From contig NW_003314366.1 in assembly GCF_000143415.4 (NCBI RefSeq), positions 524,132-588,131 on the forward strand: 64,000 nucleotides of DNA. The letters run 5' to 3'. Shown here piece by piece: positions 1-11,600 of the stretch. The notes beneath the pieces are model-generated. The model was not told the origin of the DNA. It did no database searches and saw only the letters and a list, made by a program, of their open reading frames with translations. The first letter of the stretch is position 1, and the number at the start of each line of letters is the position of its first letter. The DNA is from Selaginella moellendorffii. Taxonomy: Eukaryota > Plantae > Lycopodiophyta. The position numbers were made by a program, and so were the translations under genes.

Positions 1-330
1 GGTATATAAGATTACAAGGTGAGCATATTTGGATTGAGGAACCACTCCCTAAGCTTTCGGGTAGGTTCATCCTTAAGAATACTTGCTAAGACATGGTAGA
101 AAGTGCAAAACTATCCTCCTAGCTTGGAAGAGAATTACCGAAAGAAATATGTAACACCAAAAGTAAATAGTAAAAGGATATAACCAAACTATATTAATCA
201 AAGGGCATGACCGAGAGTGGTTATGCAAGTTGGGAGTGGAGAATTAAGTGGGTGTTCAAAAGTGTTGCTATTGGCAATCGTGATGCCATAGAAACTTTAA
301 AGTATAGAATCATCCATATTAAACCATATA
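1..330 (+). mobile_element. Degenerate Ty3 internal (pol-like) fragment of the older LTR family B
   Basis: Matches the reverse complement of ~26950-27270 (e.g. acaaggtgagcatatttggattgag vs gacaaagtgagcatatccagattcaag); no intact ORF. Confidence 0.5.
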
Positions 331-339
331 GTAATTAGA

Positions 340-987
340 AAACATGGCGAAAGGCGGGGAGAGTACCCATGAGGCTTGCGTAAGGCCATGGTGTTCCGAA
401 ATGTTGTCCCAAAGTCCCAAACGTTGAAAGGGAAGAGGAGTAGGCGTCTAATGCAGTGACCAAGGATACAGTCACATGGTGAGGAAGTCCCAAAGGATAG
501 TGGGACTTAGCGGTCAAGCCTGCGGGCCTTGATCCAGTGGCAGTGTTGGCAAACATGGCCATGGACTAAAAGGGACTTGGTGGGGACTGGAAAAGAGTTG
601 TCGGGGAAGGCTATTCCCCATGTCTGCGGGCAGCCTAAGGATGCTAAGGAGTAAATCTGGGATGATTGCTCATGGACGGATGGCCCAGTCTTCGAGAGAC
701 GGGATTATGATGTAGGTGGCGTTAGACCACCGGTGTGACCAAGGTGAATGGGCATGGCCTAGCGTAACGGGCTGGTATGTCGGTGGTACCTTGGGGTGTC
801 GGTCATGAGATCGAACACGTGGAGCACTTGGACCAAGTGCAAAGGTTGAGTGGCATGGATGCCATTCTCAGGGCTGGCAAGCCCCAAGTCCTAACTAGGA
901 CTTATGGAGGCTGTGAATGAGACTCCTCCAAGTGGTTGAAGGTGCAGTTAAGTGACTAAAGTAAAATGGAAAAATTAGTCACTTACA
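340..987 (+). mobile_element. 3' part of a family-B LTR
   Basis: Homologous to 32320-32559 plus 40100-40502; ends ...ggaaaaattagtcacttaCA at 987. Confidence 0.75.
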
Positions 988-3900
988 CTTTAGTCAGGTT
1001 GTTCCAGCTTGGGACATCACCATTAGCATCTGGAAGACCATCTAGCATGTCAAAGAGCATGAATTTTGTGCTCTTGAGTGGTCGCCTATGGATCTTCTGA
1101 CAAAAGCGCTCCAACTTTTGCCGGATAGCCATATTCTCGTCATCCTTCTCAAAAGATGCCATTAATGAACTGTAGGAGCCAATGGAATGCCACTGGAGAA
1201 ACAAAGCGAATCTAAGGGGAGAAGACAAAGATAAGATGTGAACTTAAGAAAATTTTATATACCATCATGTGGCATGTGGTAGATGTAAGTTCCTCCAGGT
1301 CCTCTTCTTGGGCATCAAGACAAGTTGGAATGAAGTTACTCCCAACAGTTTTTTCTGCAACCATTTTGAGGAAATAAGAAAAGGAGAGAATTAAGAGAAA
1401 TATACATCGAGAAGTTCCTTGGTTATGGGGACATCTTGAACGATCATCATCACTGTTGACTAATACCTCCAGATGTGGATTTGCACGCTTTCGTCGAGGT
1501 AGAACTTCTTTGACATTCTAGTTCTCTTGCTGGACTTCGTCTCGAGGAATTTCTTGCAAGTCGTTCTCACTGCCATCTTTAGTCTCCTTGCCATTGGCAT
1601 CAACAATGTCGACATTCTCATGGCCATCATCTTCGTCATCTGGCATGTCTTCATTGTTGCCTCTTACAACCTCTCGGTGGGTTGGTGCATAATCTGGCAT
1701 CTCCAATTCCCAAGGACAAGCTCTTTATTGCTGTTGGGGGATGGTCCAAAGCTGAGTTGAGCTCAATTTAACACAAGTCAACTCAAGTCAACATAGTCAA
1801 TAAGAAGTATTACAAAGGAAATCTAAATTGAACAAATGAATGTTCTAGCAAACTTTAAAATATTAAAATACGTAAATATCTGAGTTAAAAGTTTCTATAA
1901 GATTGAAATGTTTAAAAAAAACAAAGTTCATGAGAACCTATCTTTTATAAAACTATATTATTTTATTATGACAACTATTACAGCTGTCATATTTGATTTG
2001 ACTACTTAATATTTTGAATACTTTTACAGTTGTAGATACTATTCCTTCATTCAAAAGATTTTTTAGGGTTCTTGAGAAGATGGGAAGCAAGGAAAATACA
2101 AGATCTATGAGTAAAAGTTGTAGTGCAAAGGAATGTGAGAATGTTAATTTTGTTTCACTACCATAATCTCCATATTACACTCCTGGTCCTTATTACCCAT
2201 CTGGGAATGTGGAGACCACTATCACGATTGGTAAAAATGCTCCTGTTACTTTTGAAACAACAGTCCAGAGCAAGAGAAATGAAGAAATGAACAACACGGT
2301 AGAAAACACCAAGAAATCTACTCCATAAAAGTTTCCATGACATTTGTAATTTACATATTAATTCATATTAAAAACTTTGTTGCCTACCTATATCGCAATC
2401 CTCTCATATGATAAGACCAAGGTATATTTTGCAGTGAATCCTCATTAAAAGTTTTTGGGAATTGTTTGTAAATAATAATAAAAGAAATTAAAATCTTTCG
2501 AAAGACTCAAAAGTAATATCACATTATTAAAGTTTATAATATTTGTATTAAATTACTATTGAAAATTGAGCTCAACTCGTGAGCTCAACTCTTCAACTTG
2601 TGAGCTCAAGTATCGTCCGCGCCCTTGCTGCTGGAAACTTCATTATTGTTGGGTACATGCCTCCATCTCTCACACCATACCTCAAGAGTTGTGTGCATAC
2701 CGGTGTTTCGAGAGGAACGCCTCTATATTGGAGATACCTATAATAGAATATAAACAAATTGAGTATAGTTGAGAAATTGTATGTTACTTGAAAGCCGCTT
2801 GACACATGAAGTAAAGTTGGCCAAGTTGTTTATCAAATGGAGTCGTGTTTGTGGCCTTCTTTGGCAGCCAATCCTCTCCGAGTTTTATAAGCTCAGTGGT
2901 GATGAAGTCCTTGAATGGAAGTTGCTCAGGATCATCCCCTATGAAAGGCACTAAAAACATCTTCCCTTCATATATAGTTTGTGAAATGTAGACGGTCCTC
3001 CTCATCACAGTCTCCATCATACTATCCAAACCTTTTTCTCCTTCCCTGAGTCTGCTATTGAGGTCATTCAGAATGTGTATCTATTCCTCATATGTAAGCT
3101 TTGACTTTGAGATGTTGTAAATAATCTCATCTTGAGTCTTGTCCACTAAGAAATAACTTTTGTGAGTAACCTTCATGTAAACACAAACAATATTTACTTT
3201 CATGACAAGAAATATCTGTTATAATATCAAACCACTCCTTTGGGCGTCAAGGGTCAGCCACACTAAGTAATTTCTTTACCTTTGTCTTCTTTGTGTTGTT
3301 GATTTTCTTGTCAATTGTAGCTAAATGCTCCAAGAGTTCTTGATCATTTTCAGCTCGATGTGACTGTGCATATACATCTTGCTTAACCTTCACCAATGGC
3401 TGAAGACAACACAAATATTCTATAATAAGAAGTATACTTGGAAGAACATACCTTACTCCACATAGCTGTCATAAAAGCCATTGGATTCTTGTACCATCTA
3501 TTGGCATATTGACAACCTCGTTGATGTTGAATAAGTGATGCTAAATCATCACCATAGTGGCTGCAAACTGCATCCTTGTCGAGATTGGCAAGAAACCAGA
3601 TCTGCTCAATATCATGTACTAGGCTTTGTTTTTGCATTGCAAACTATCCCAACTTGCAAAACACAAATTGTTAAAAATGATTGAAGAGGGAGAGGTAATT
3701 ATGCATTAATTTTGTGGCAAGCTATCACAAGCCTTGCCACATCTAGAGATCCTCTCGCGTGTACATGTCCAACCGGAAAATTGATGTGATAGACAGGATT
3801 ATCTCAGAAACATTCATTGATGCACTTCATCCACACACACTAGCGATGATTCCCGTCGATAATGTAGAACATTTTCCCCACAAATTGTTGAGTCTCAAGA

Positions 3901-5429
3901 TGGCTCATAAGCATGTTATCAAATTCACGGGACTTCATTTTCCAAATGTCATCCCAAACCCTCTCGATTTCCAGTGACATCGAGAGGGTATTTGTTGTTC
4001 CTAGTTTGAAGACCGAAACAAGGAACATACCTATGTTTGTCCCAAGGCCATTCTGTTTGTACAAACTATAGATGTCCATGTTGATGAAGTGCGGTGAAGC
4101 AGACCAAACAATGCTTGTCTGACTAAATCGACATAGTGGGATTTCTCGGATTATGTCTCCCGGGCCTTCCACTTGAGAGACTCCAGAGTCGTGTGAATGG
4201 CCTTCTCTTTGGTTCTCAAAACTGTCTCTTGGAAGCGCTTGTCTACAATGTGTTCAGGTAACTCCACTTCTCTTTCAACTTCAGCTACACTTCTAGTAGC
4301 ACCATTATTAGATCTAGCCCCCAGCTCGGGCCCAACACCCCCGTCAGGTGCACTTGGGCATTGCTCCGTAATGGAGCTAGTTTCTGCCATATTTTGCGAA
4401 TATGTTAAGAGTAGTGGCATTTGTGATTGTGGCTGCAATGGTAGTGATGACAATCGCGCTACTGGTGGTGATGATGGTGGTGGTGGTGGTAGTCATAGTG
4501 GCGATGATGGTGGTGATGGTAATGGTGGTGATGAAGGTAGAGGTGGCAATGGTGGTGAAGGTGGTGGTAGTGGTAATGGTGGTGGTGGCAAAAATGGGGG
4601 TGCATGTGGACTAGAGCTATCTGGTTGTGAAGATGGCAGAGTTGTCGCTGTGGAAATCTCTATTTGAAGGTCAACTTGATTGTTGTCTTGGATCTCATCT
4701 TCCTCATGTCTTCTCTTTGATCTAACATCCTTCTCCTTTTGTAGTCGCTTCCGTTTCTGAAAATAAAAAAGACTCATTATAAATTAAAAATGCATAAGAA
4801 GTAGGGACTTTGGGGCGTGGACTCGGTGCAGGCACCAGGTTTGCCGGCAAACTGGCCCACCCCCAAGCGCCAAGTCCAAGTGCCTGGGCCAGGCACTTGG
4901 CGCGGGCCAGCCAAGGCACTTGGGGGTGGGCCGGTTCGCTGGCAAACCGGCCCTCCCCCAATCGCCAAGTCGAAGTGCCCGCCCCCGAGCACCTTGGCCG
5001 GCCCGCCCCCAAGCTCCTTTGCCGCCTCTCACGGAGTGCCTGGCCTGGGCACTTGGCACGGGTGCCAGTTCGCCGGCGTACCGATGCGGAGTGCTCGGCT
5101 AAATGCCCAGCCCGAACACTTGGCAGCGGCGGCACTGGGCATGGCGGCGGCAGCACTAGGCACGGCAACGGTGGTGCTGGGCAGCGGCTGCCCTGGGCAG
5201 TGGCGGTGCTGGGCAGCGGCTGCCCTGGGCAGTGGTGGTGCTGGGCAGCGGTGGCACTAGGCACGGCAGCAGCGGCCCTAGGCAGTGGCGGCACTGGGTG
5301 TGGTGTGGCGTGGGTGCGGCAGCACTGGGCGCGGCGGTGCTGGGCACGGCGTGGGTGCGGCGGCGCTGGGCGTGATGTGGGAGTGGAGGAGAGGGAGTGG
5401 AGGAGTAAAAAACTTACTCCTTGCAGCAT
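988..5429 (-). pseudogene. Multi-exon ParB/Srx-like (DGNHR) domain gene with Pro-rich N-terminus and acidic C-terminus, disrupted
   Basis: ATG 5429 (MLQG), donor GTAAGT at 5417, acceptor TTTCAG at 4757, in phase 0 to KRKRLQ; Pro-rich tract; GKMFYIIDGNHR ending ~3843; further exon-like ORFs 3383-3637, 2784-3029, 2593-2805, 1518-1706, 983-1228; several stops and frameshifts. Confidence 0.6.
4757..5417 (-). repeat. GC-rich degenerate repeat and palindrome array filling predicted intron 1 of the ParB-like gene
   Basis: Many GGCACTTGGC/GGCACTGGGC/GGCAGCGGC units; palindromes GTTTGCCGGCAAAC (~4840) and CCAAGTGCCTGG-G-CCAGGCACTTGG (4876-4900). Confidence 0.75.
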
Positions 5430-5487
5430 TCTGTTCGACGCTGATGGATACCGCAGTCATTCCCAATCTCCCGCTCTACTTTCTGTA

Positions 5488-5525
5488 AAACCCTAATGCT
5501 GGCGGCTGCCCTAACCCTAACCTAA
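5488..5525 (+). promoter_or_regulatory. Telo-box-like motifs just upstream of the ParB-like gene
   Basis: AAACCCTAA at 5488-5496 and CCCTAACCCTAACCTAA at 5509-5525. Confidence 0.35.
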
Positions 5526-6291
5526 CTTTCATCACAGCCGTTCATTGTGGATGCAGTAAATTTTCATTACATTCTGCAAATATTTGCTAGCAATGTACAA
5601 TTTCTATTCCGTCCTAGATTTGATCATGTGACAAAGACCTTTTGAGTTGTAATTTAATAATGAAGGTGTGCTCTAATATGACTATGCCATAATGTGGTAA
5701 TAATGTCACAGACGCATGTGTCGAATTGATCATAGTACAAAATTATAAATGAGAATTATATGTTTCTTGCAAGTAATAGTATCTTGTCAGAAAATATAAG
5801 ATTATTAAATTATAAAGTGTTATTTCTAAAGCAATGTATATAGATAATTTACTATAGGTGATAGATGGTTACAAAGATGGAATATATTTAAATGAGTTCA
5901 GAAGTATGTGATGATTTCTAGCTTTAATGAAGTACTGAAAATATGTACAATATTTAATTTGTTTAGCAACAGTTGGTTGATGGTAGATCCTAGAATAAAA
6001 TCATTCCTATCTTTCATATTATGGCACATGCTTAAGGTGATATTTCTTTCCGTTCTACCAAAAGTTAGTCCATATAATAAATTTGAGCATGTTTTTGAAT
6101 TCAATGTATACAGAATTTTAATATTGTACAACATAGTCCTATATACTTCATACAGAATTAATTATAACAACATTATTCGATGTTAGATCCTAGAATAAAA
6201 TTGCCCTTTCTTTTCACATAATAACATAGCACATGTTTGAGGTGACATTTCTTTATAAAAATTCAGAGTTCCAAAACCTAAAAGAAACAAA

Positions 6292-9200
6292 ATGGAGAGT
6301 TTCCTTTTGCATTACCAAGATCACCCACCACTTTCTTTCTCCCAAAGTCTTATTTCAGAAAGTTTTCTTTGCCGACGTTTCGATCTTTCTCTTGATTCTA
6401 TTTCATTGGAGGCTGTGATTCGCAACAACATTGGTGTAGTTGAACGATTGGAGTTTCTTCTTTCGGATGTAGGTGAAGGTGGACAACATTGAGATTTCCA
6501 AGTCGAATGAGATTTGAGTTTTTGGATCTCCAATCAAAGAGCGAGGCTGCAATCCTAGCAAAGTGAATGTGACGTAAGAGTTGGTCGTCATCATTCTTCC
6601 TCTTCTAGTTCTGGTGGAAATTTTAGTCCAATGCAAGCCAAGAATTTCCAAATTCCAACTTCACCGATATTCAAAGTTGTTTGCAACACTTTTCAGTTTT
6701 CCCGCCTCTCTATCGATGTGCATTCCTTTCAACATAGGCCCATTAGTGAGCTCCCATCTACATATAATGGCAATATCTTCTTTGAACTACCACCTCTTGT
6801 CAGCTCAAAACGAAAGGGGATGGAGACGAAGTAGGACGTCCACAACTAGTGCAAGATCAAGACCACACATTTTCAGCATTTCGAAGGCACAGTGTCTATG
6901 CTTCATTGTGGTGGGTATTTGGATTGTGTGAATAAAGCATGCAATCAAGAGTGCGGTAAGAACTCCATATTTTTTTAAGGATCTACAACCAATCCTCCCA
7001 TCTGTGACATTGGTGTTGGATTCAAGTGTCTATTTTGCAAGAATGCTCCATTGTGTCATGCCATCTGCGGGGCCAAGATGTACTATTTTCTTCTATGGGA
7101 TGGAGAGGCTGGTAGAGCTGTAGTACATATTGGCACGCACACACATCCAATGCAGGAAGGGATACAAAGGAGTTTAGTCAACCGTTTCAAAGATGCAGTG
7201 CAAATAGAGATTGTGAGAAACTCATTTGCAATTCGAAGCATGTTCAAAAGATAGTGCTCAAGGATTTTATCACAAGCACTTTATTTGATCTGGACTGCAA
7301 GAATACTCAACTGGATGAGACTAGCTTGCGGGAGTTACTATGACATGTGCAACCTGCAACTAGCCTCAGAAGGTATGAAAATATTATTACATACTTTTCA
7401 ATAATATCTCTCTTACATTTTGTTTTATTTAGGATAAAGTCTTGGATGTGTGAATCTCGAGAAGGGAAAATCCAATAAAAAATTGACTCAATCCTTGAGC
7501 TAAAACGAACTTATCCCTACGAGTTTATCCATGGGAGTTTATTTCTAGATCAAGTCGTTAGTGAGTAAGAGTGCCCCTTCGTTTTCAAAATGTTTACCAT
7601 GGGCCCTGCCTCTGGTGTGGATCTTGTTTCCCGAATGAATATGTCTGGGTTAAGTGACCTTGCTAATGCATGGGTACATTTGACCATATGGAGTGGGTGG
7701 CGGGTTGAACAACCATGGGAGCTTATGTGTATGATCCGATGTAGTTTTTTTTCTCATTATCTTAAAATGGTTTTAAGCATTGCCTTTTTCACAGGCTACA
7801 TTGTAACTTGACAATTGCAACAGCAGAGTTTAAAGTACAAGACCAGATGGCTCAAGAAATATTTTGGAAGTCCCTCTCCGACATTGTATTGAAGCGGACT
7901 GGTAAGCCTACCAACTTTCGAGGTTTCATGGCAGATGGGGCTGGGGCTAATTGGAATGGTGTCCGGGCAATCTTCAGGAATGGTCAACCCCTAGAAGGTC
8001 GTGAGAGGACTTGTGAGTTCCATTGGGCTCAGAGCCTAAACCAACATTGCCACCTTATCAAGCCAGATTTCCAATTAACATTTAAAGAGTTGTGCAAACA
8101 ATGGCAAGCTACACCTTCTGAAGAAGAGCATGAGGCAAAAGCAAACAAGATCCGAATGTGGTGGCATAAAGATGGCCATACTGACGTAAGTTGTCTACCA
8201 CAACTTGAGTCATGGTTGGGGTGGTGGGAAGTCAGAATGTTTCAATGGGGACATCACTCTTTTCAGGTTGGTTTTCCTTTTTTTCCTCTCTTTTTATTGC
8301 TTTTTAATATCATCTTTTTATAAGGATCAACCACTTAAGGATCTTGCATACACCCCAACTGTGAATCTCTCAGAGAGTAAACATTGGAGTTGGTGTTCCC
8401 CTGAGGCAGGGAAAGAGAAGATGAGTTTATATGAAGCATGTCTATCAAATTTGATACACACTGTAGAGTAGTCTTCAAAAGCCTTGGCATTTGAGGAAGG
8501 AAGATATATGGGAATAGGACCTTCAATTGAGATATTACATGATCAGATGAAGAAGAAAGTGACTCCACCAGCACAAATAGTGGCAACTGCAGTGGAAGAA
8601 GTGGTCTGTGGCACATTTATGGAGCACACTCCATAGGCTTCTATTGGTGATATGAAGACCTTTCGCTCAAAGCATCGCTTTTCCTTTGTTGGTGAAGATG
8701 TTGGCATGGATCTTGGAGCAAAAAGCTCTCATATGCCTGATGTTGAGTATCATTCTGCTCCAAGACATCGCCCCTGAACCAAGCCACTTCAAGTGGCTGA
8801 TGAAGAAAGTGCATCACAGCAGGTTGAAATTGCTTATCGTAACTTGGAGCTGAAGCAATGGGCAATCCGTCGAGTGCTAGCAAAATCAAATGTAAAGTGT
8901 GTGGGGATGCTTTCGAGGGGCAAGTGTTGGGCTTGGATTAATGGTGATAAGTCTGCTTCTATTCCAACCCTATGTTTCCATGGGGAATGAAAGCAAGCAA
9001 GATTTTCAAGATGGTGTTGGTTATATTGCTGCAACACTGATGTCAACCATACAAAGCGGCTTGAAGACACTATAGTGACTAAACTTGATGCAATACCTAA
9101 AGAATGGCTGGTTGCTAATGGGGTTGCGCTCACCTCGGATGAGATTGAAAACCTTGAAAAATTTGGTTTCAATCTTGAAAGAAGAGTTAGAGACATGAGT

Positions 9201-9470
9201 GATAAAACCAGGACTGTTCCTTTAGAGATGCATAGGAGGCTAGCGAGAAAAGGTAAGGCAGTTAAATTTATTGGTACTGTCTCCAAGCAAAAGCAAGGTA
9301 AAATAAATTTGGTTCAAACACTTGAGTGTGAGATTCTCTCCACGAAGTACATCACTGCGCTTGCAAAGGAGTACATAGTCAAAACAGAAAGTGGAGAGTA
9401 CACAATTGCCATTCAAGACTTTCCTTCTTGCACATGTCCAAACTTTACGAAGCGCAAGGAACATGGGAAG
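6292..9470 (+). pseudogene. MULE-type DDE transposase with N-terminal GCM-like Cys/His region and C-terminal SWIM zinc finger, disrupted
   Basis: CLFC..CHAICGA..HIGTHTHP; FRGFMADGAGANWNGVRAIF; RTCEFHW (MULE CxxH); TVNLSESKH; YTIAIQDFPSCTCPNF (SWIM); ~55-60 bp GT-AG introns near 7373-7432, 7741-7794 and 8267-8324; many stops. Confidence 0.75.
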
Positions 9471-9479
9471 GCATCATCA

Positions 9480-11600
9480 TCACAATCCCCTATCTCAATT
9501 ACAATAACTATAAATGGGATTAAAGTTTTTTTTTAGCTATAAGCCCTAGAGCGAATATGCTTAAGAGTTCTTTAAGCAATGTAGCTCTAAAGTAATGTGT
9601 TATAATGAGAAATTGGCCTAGAGTGAGTGTAATTCCAGCATTTAAAATGCCTTTCACTATCTTCTTCTCATCCTTGCCATTTAGCTTTAGTATAGGATTT
9701 TATTTTTGCACTAATGGTAAATTTGTATTAACTTGTACATGTGTGAGACTTTCTGTGTTAGAATCATCATTCTCCAAATCAACTTGTGATTGTAAATTTT
9801 AGAGTTGTTAAGTGATTTCTGAGTTTATATTTTTCTTTTAGCGCTATTGAGAGTAAAGAATGATTTTTACTATATCATCACTCCCTTCATCTTGGCTTTC
9901 AAATTTAACTCTCCTTCGTTGGGCTTTAATCATGACAGACATTATGTAGCTTTTCTATATCTGATCATTCTACCTCAACATGCTTAGCTACAGGTTGTAT
10001 ATCTTTATGGGGTCTATCATTCTTGCTTGATGATTCAGCTTGATTGTATAACCTAGGATAACAAGTAAGAGTCTTAACTTGATCATACTCTTTTGGCCTT
10101 TTATATTCTCTAAACTTATTGTCTTGGTTGATTGTATTCTCTAGGCCAATTATAGTCTCTAGGTCTATTTTCCTCACGATTAAGTGGATAATTTCGAAAA
10201 TACTTCTAGGAGGATAATTTTGATAGTCATTTTACTTTTCAATGCATGGATATTTATATTTAGCTCTTCAATTATCATTGTAATCGTTCCTTCTAAGATA
10301 AATTCTATCATCAAATAGAAAGCTTTACTTATGTGTTGTTTTATCAACTCAGACTACCTGTTGCTCTTTTGGTTGTTTAAATAAGGTTCTACATTCTTTA
10401 GCTATATACCCCTTTTTTCACTAATATGACACTTGATCAGTTGGAATTTGTATTCTTCCTTACTATAGCCTTTAGTTTTGCATTTGGTACACCAAATCTT
10501 TTGTTTGAGATTGGTTTGCAATTTAAAATTTCTTAAACGACTGGTTTCCCTTTCTACAGGAGTCATCTTTTCCTCTTACTTCACCATATCTACCATGTCA
10601 TATTGTTTCATGAGATTTTGGTAGACAATCATGGTTTTTTTTAAGTCATCAAAATCTGTATAAACTCTCTTTATCACATTTTCATGATAAATTTTCTTGA
10701 GGCCCTATATGTATAAGTGTAGGCGCTTATATCTAACATGAAGTCTTTATAATGCTTATAACGCTTGTTGAATCAAGTTGTATATTCCTTGATTGTCTCA
10801 GATTTTCCTTGATGAAGTTTTTGCAACTCATTATAGTTTTCTCCTGGGTTTGTTTCTATAGAGAAAACTTTTAAGGAAAAACTTTTTCTGCTCATCAAAT
10901 GTGCTAAACTTTTGGACATCATTGTCATAGTATTAGTTTTTGGCTTTATTTTTTAGCATATAAAAGAAAAGATTATTTTCCTGCCCATTTGCTTGATTAA
11001 GTTTAATTGCTTCTATGTATTGCTCAATATGTAATTGTGGGTCCTCTCCTTTAATTCTAGAAAAGAATGGATATGTGATGATAATACCTATTGTTGTTCC
11101 TACAATTGTCATCATGCTCATTGTAATTTAACAGGAAATACTATGTTTCACAACTAGTATAGGCAAAACAAGTGTTTGGTTCATAGTGGAACTTGGATCA
11201 CCATTACAAGGTAAGGGTTGTGAATTTAGCTTTTCTTCTTCTTGTGCGGAATCACTCCAGTTGTTTTATGTTCCATTACTTTCAGTTGAAACAAAGGCAT
11301 TTTCTATATACTGATGCTACCAAAGAGGAGTAGTGTATAGATTCACGTACTTTAGATGATAGTTAAAGTTATATTAAAATTTTTGATCTCCTTTTCATTG
11401 AGGTGTACCCAATATACTTTCAACTTGCTCTCTTTTAAGTTTTTTTCTAGCTTGGTTGAGTAATGATTTAGTCTGTTTTGAAAGGAGATCAAAATCACGA
11501 ATATCATGAATAAGTGCTCTATACTTTTGTTTTATATTTTGTGAATACTTTTTTTCAGACTACCTTCTGCTTATCAGATTGTGAGGGAAATATTGTATAT
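9480..11600 (-). mobile_element. Highly degenerate Ty3/Gypsy gag-protease remnant
   Basis: PFFSRIKGEDPQLHIEQY (gag-like, 10933-11121), degenerate zinc knuckles ~10400-10490, protease-like VKGILNAG ~9640; truncates the MULE transposase. Confidence 0.5.

Larger units (their letters stand above)
988..9470. mobile_element. Decayed Mutator-like DNA transposon: transposase and ParB-like gene in head-to-head orientation; termini not identified
   Basis: Two divergent pseudogenes separated by an AT-rich spacer; bounded by retroelement sequence on both sides. Confidence 0.55.

Noticed and set aside
4722-5496. Overlapping GC-rich ORFs of 150-235 aa
   Set aside because: Low-complexity repeat DNA open in many frames; better explained as an intron
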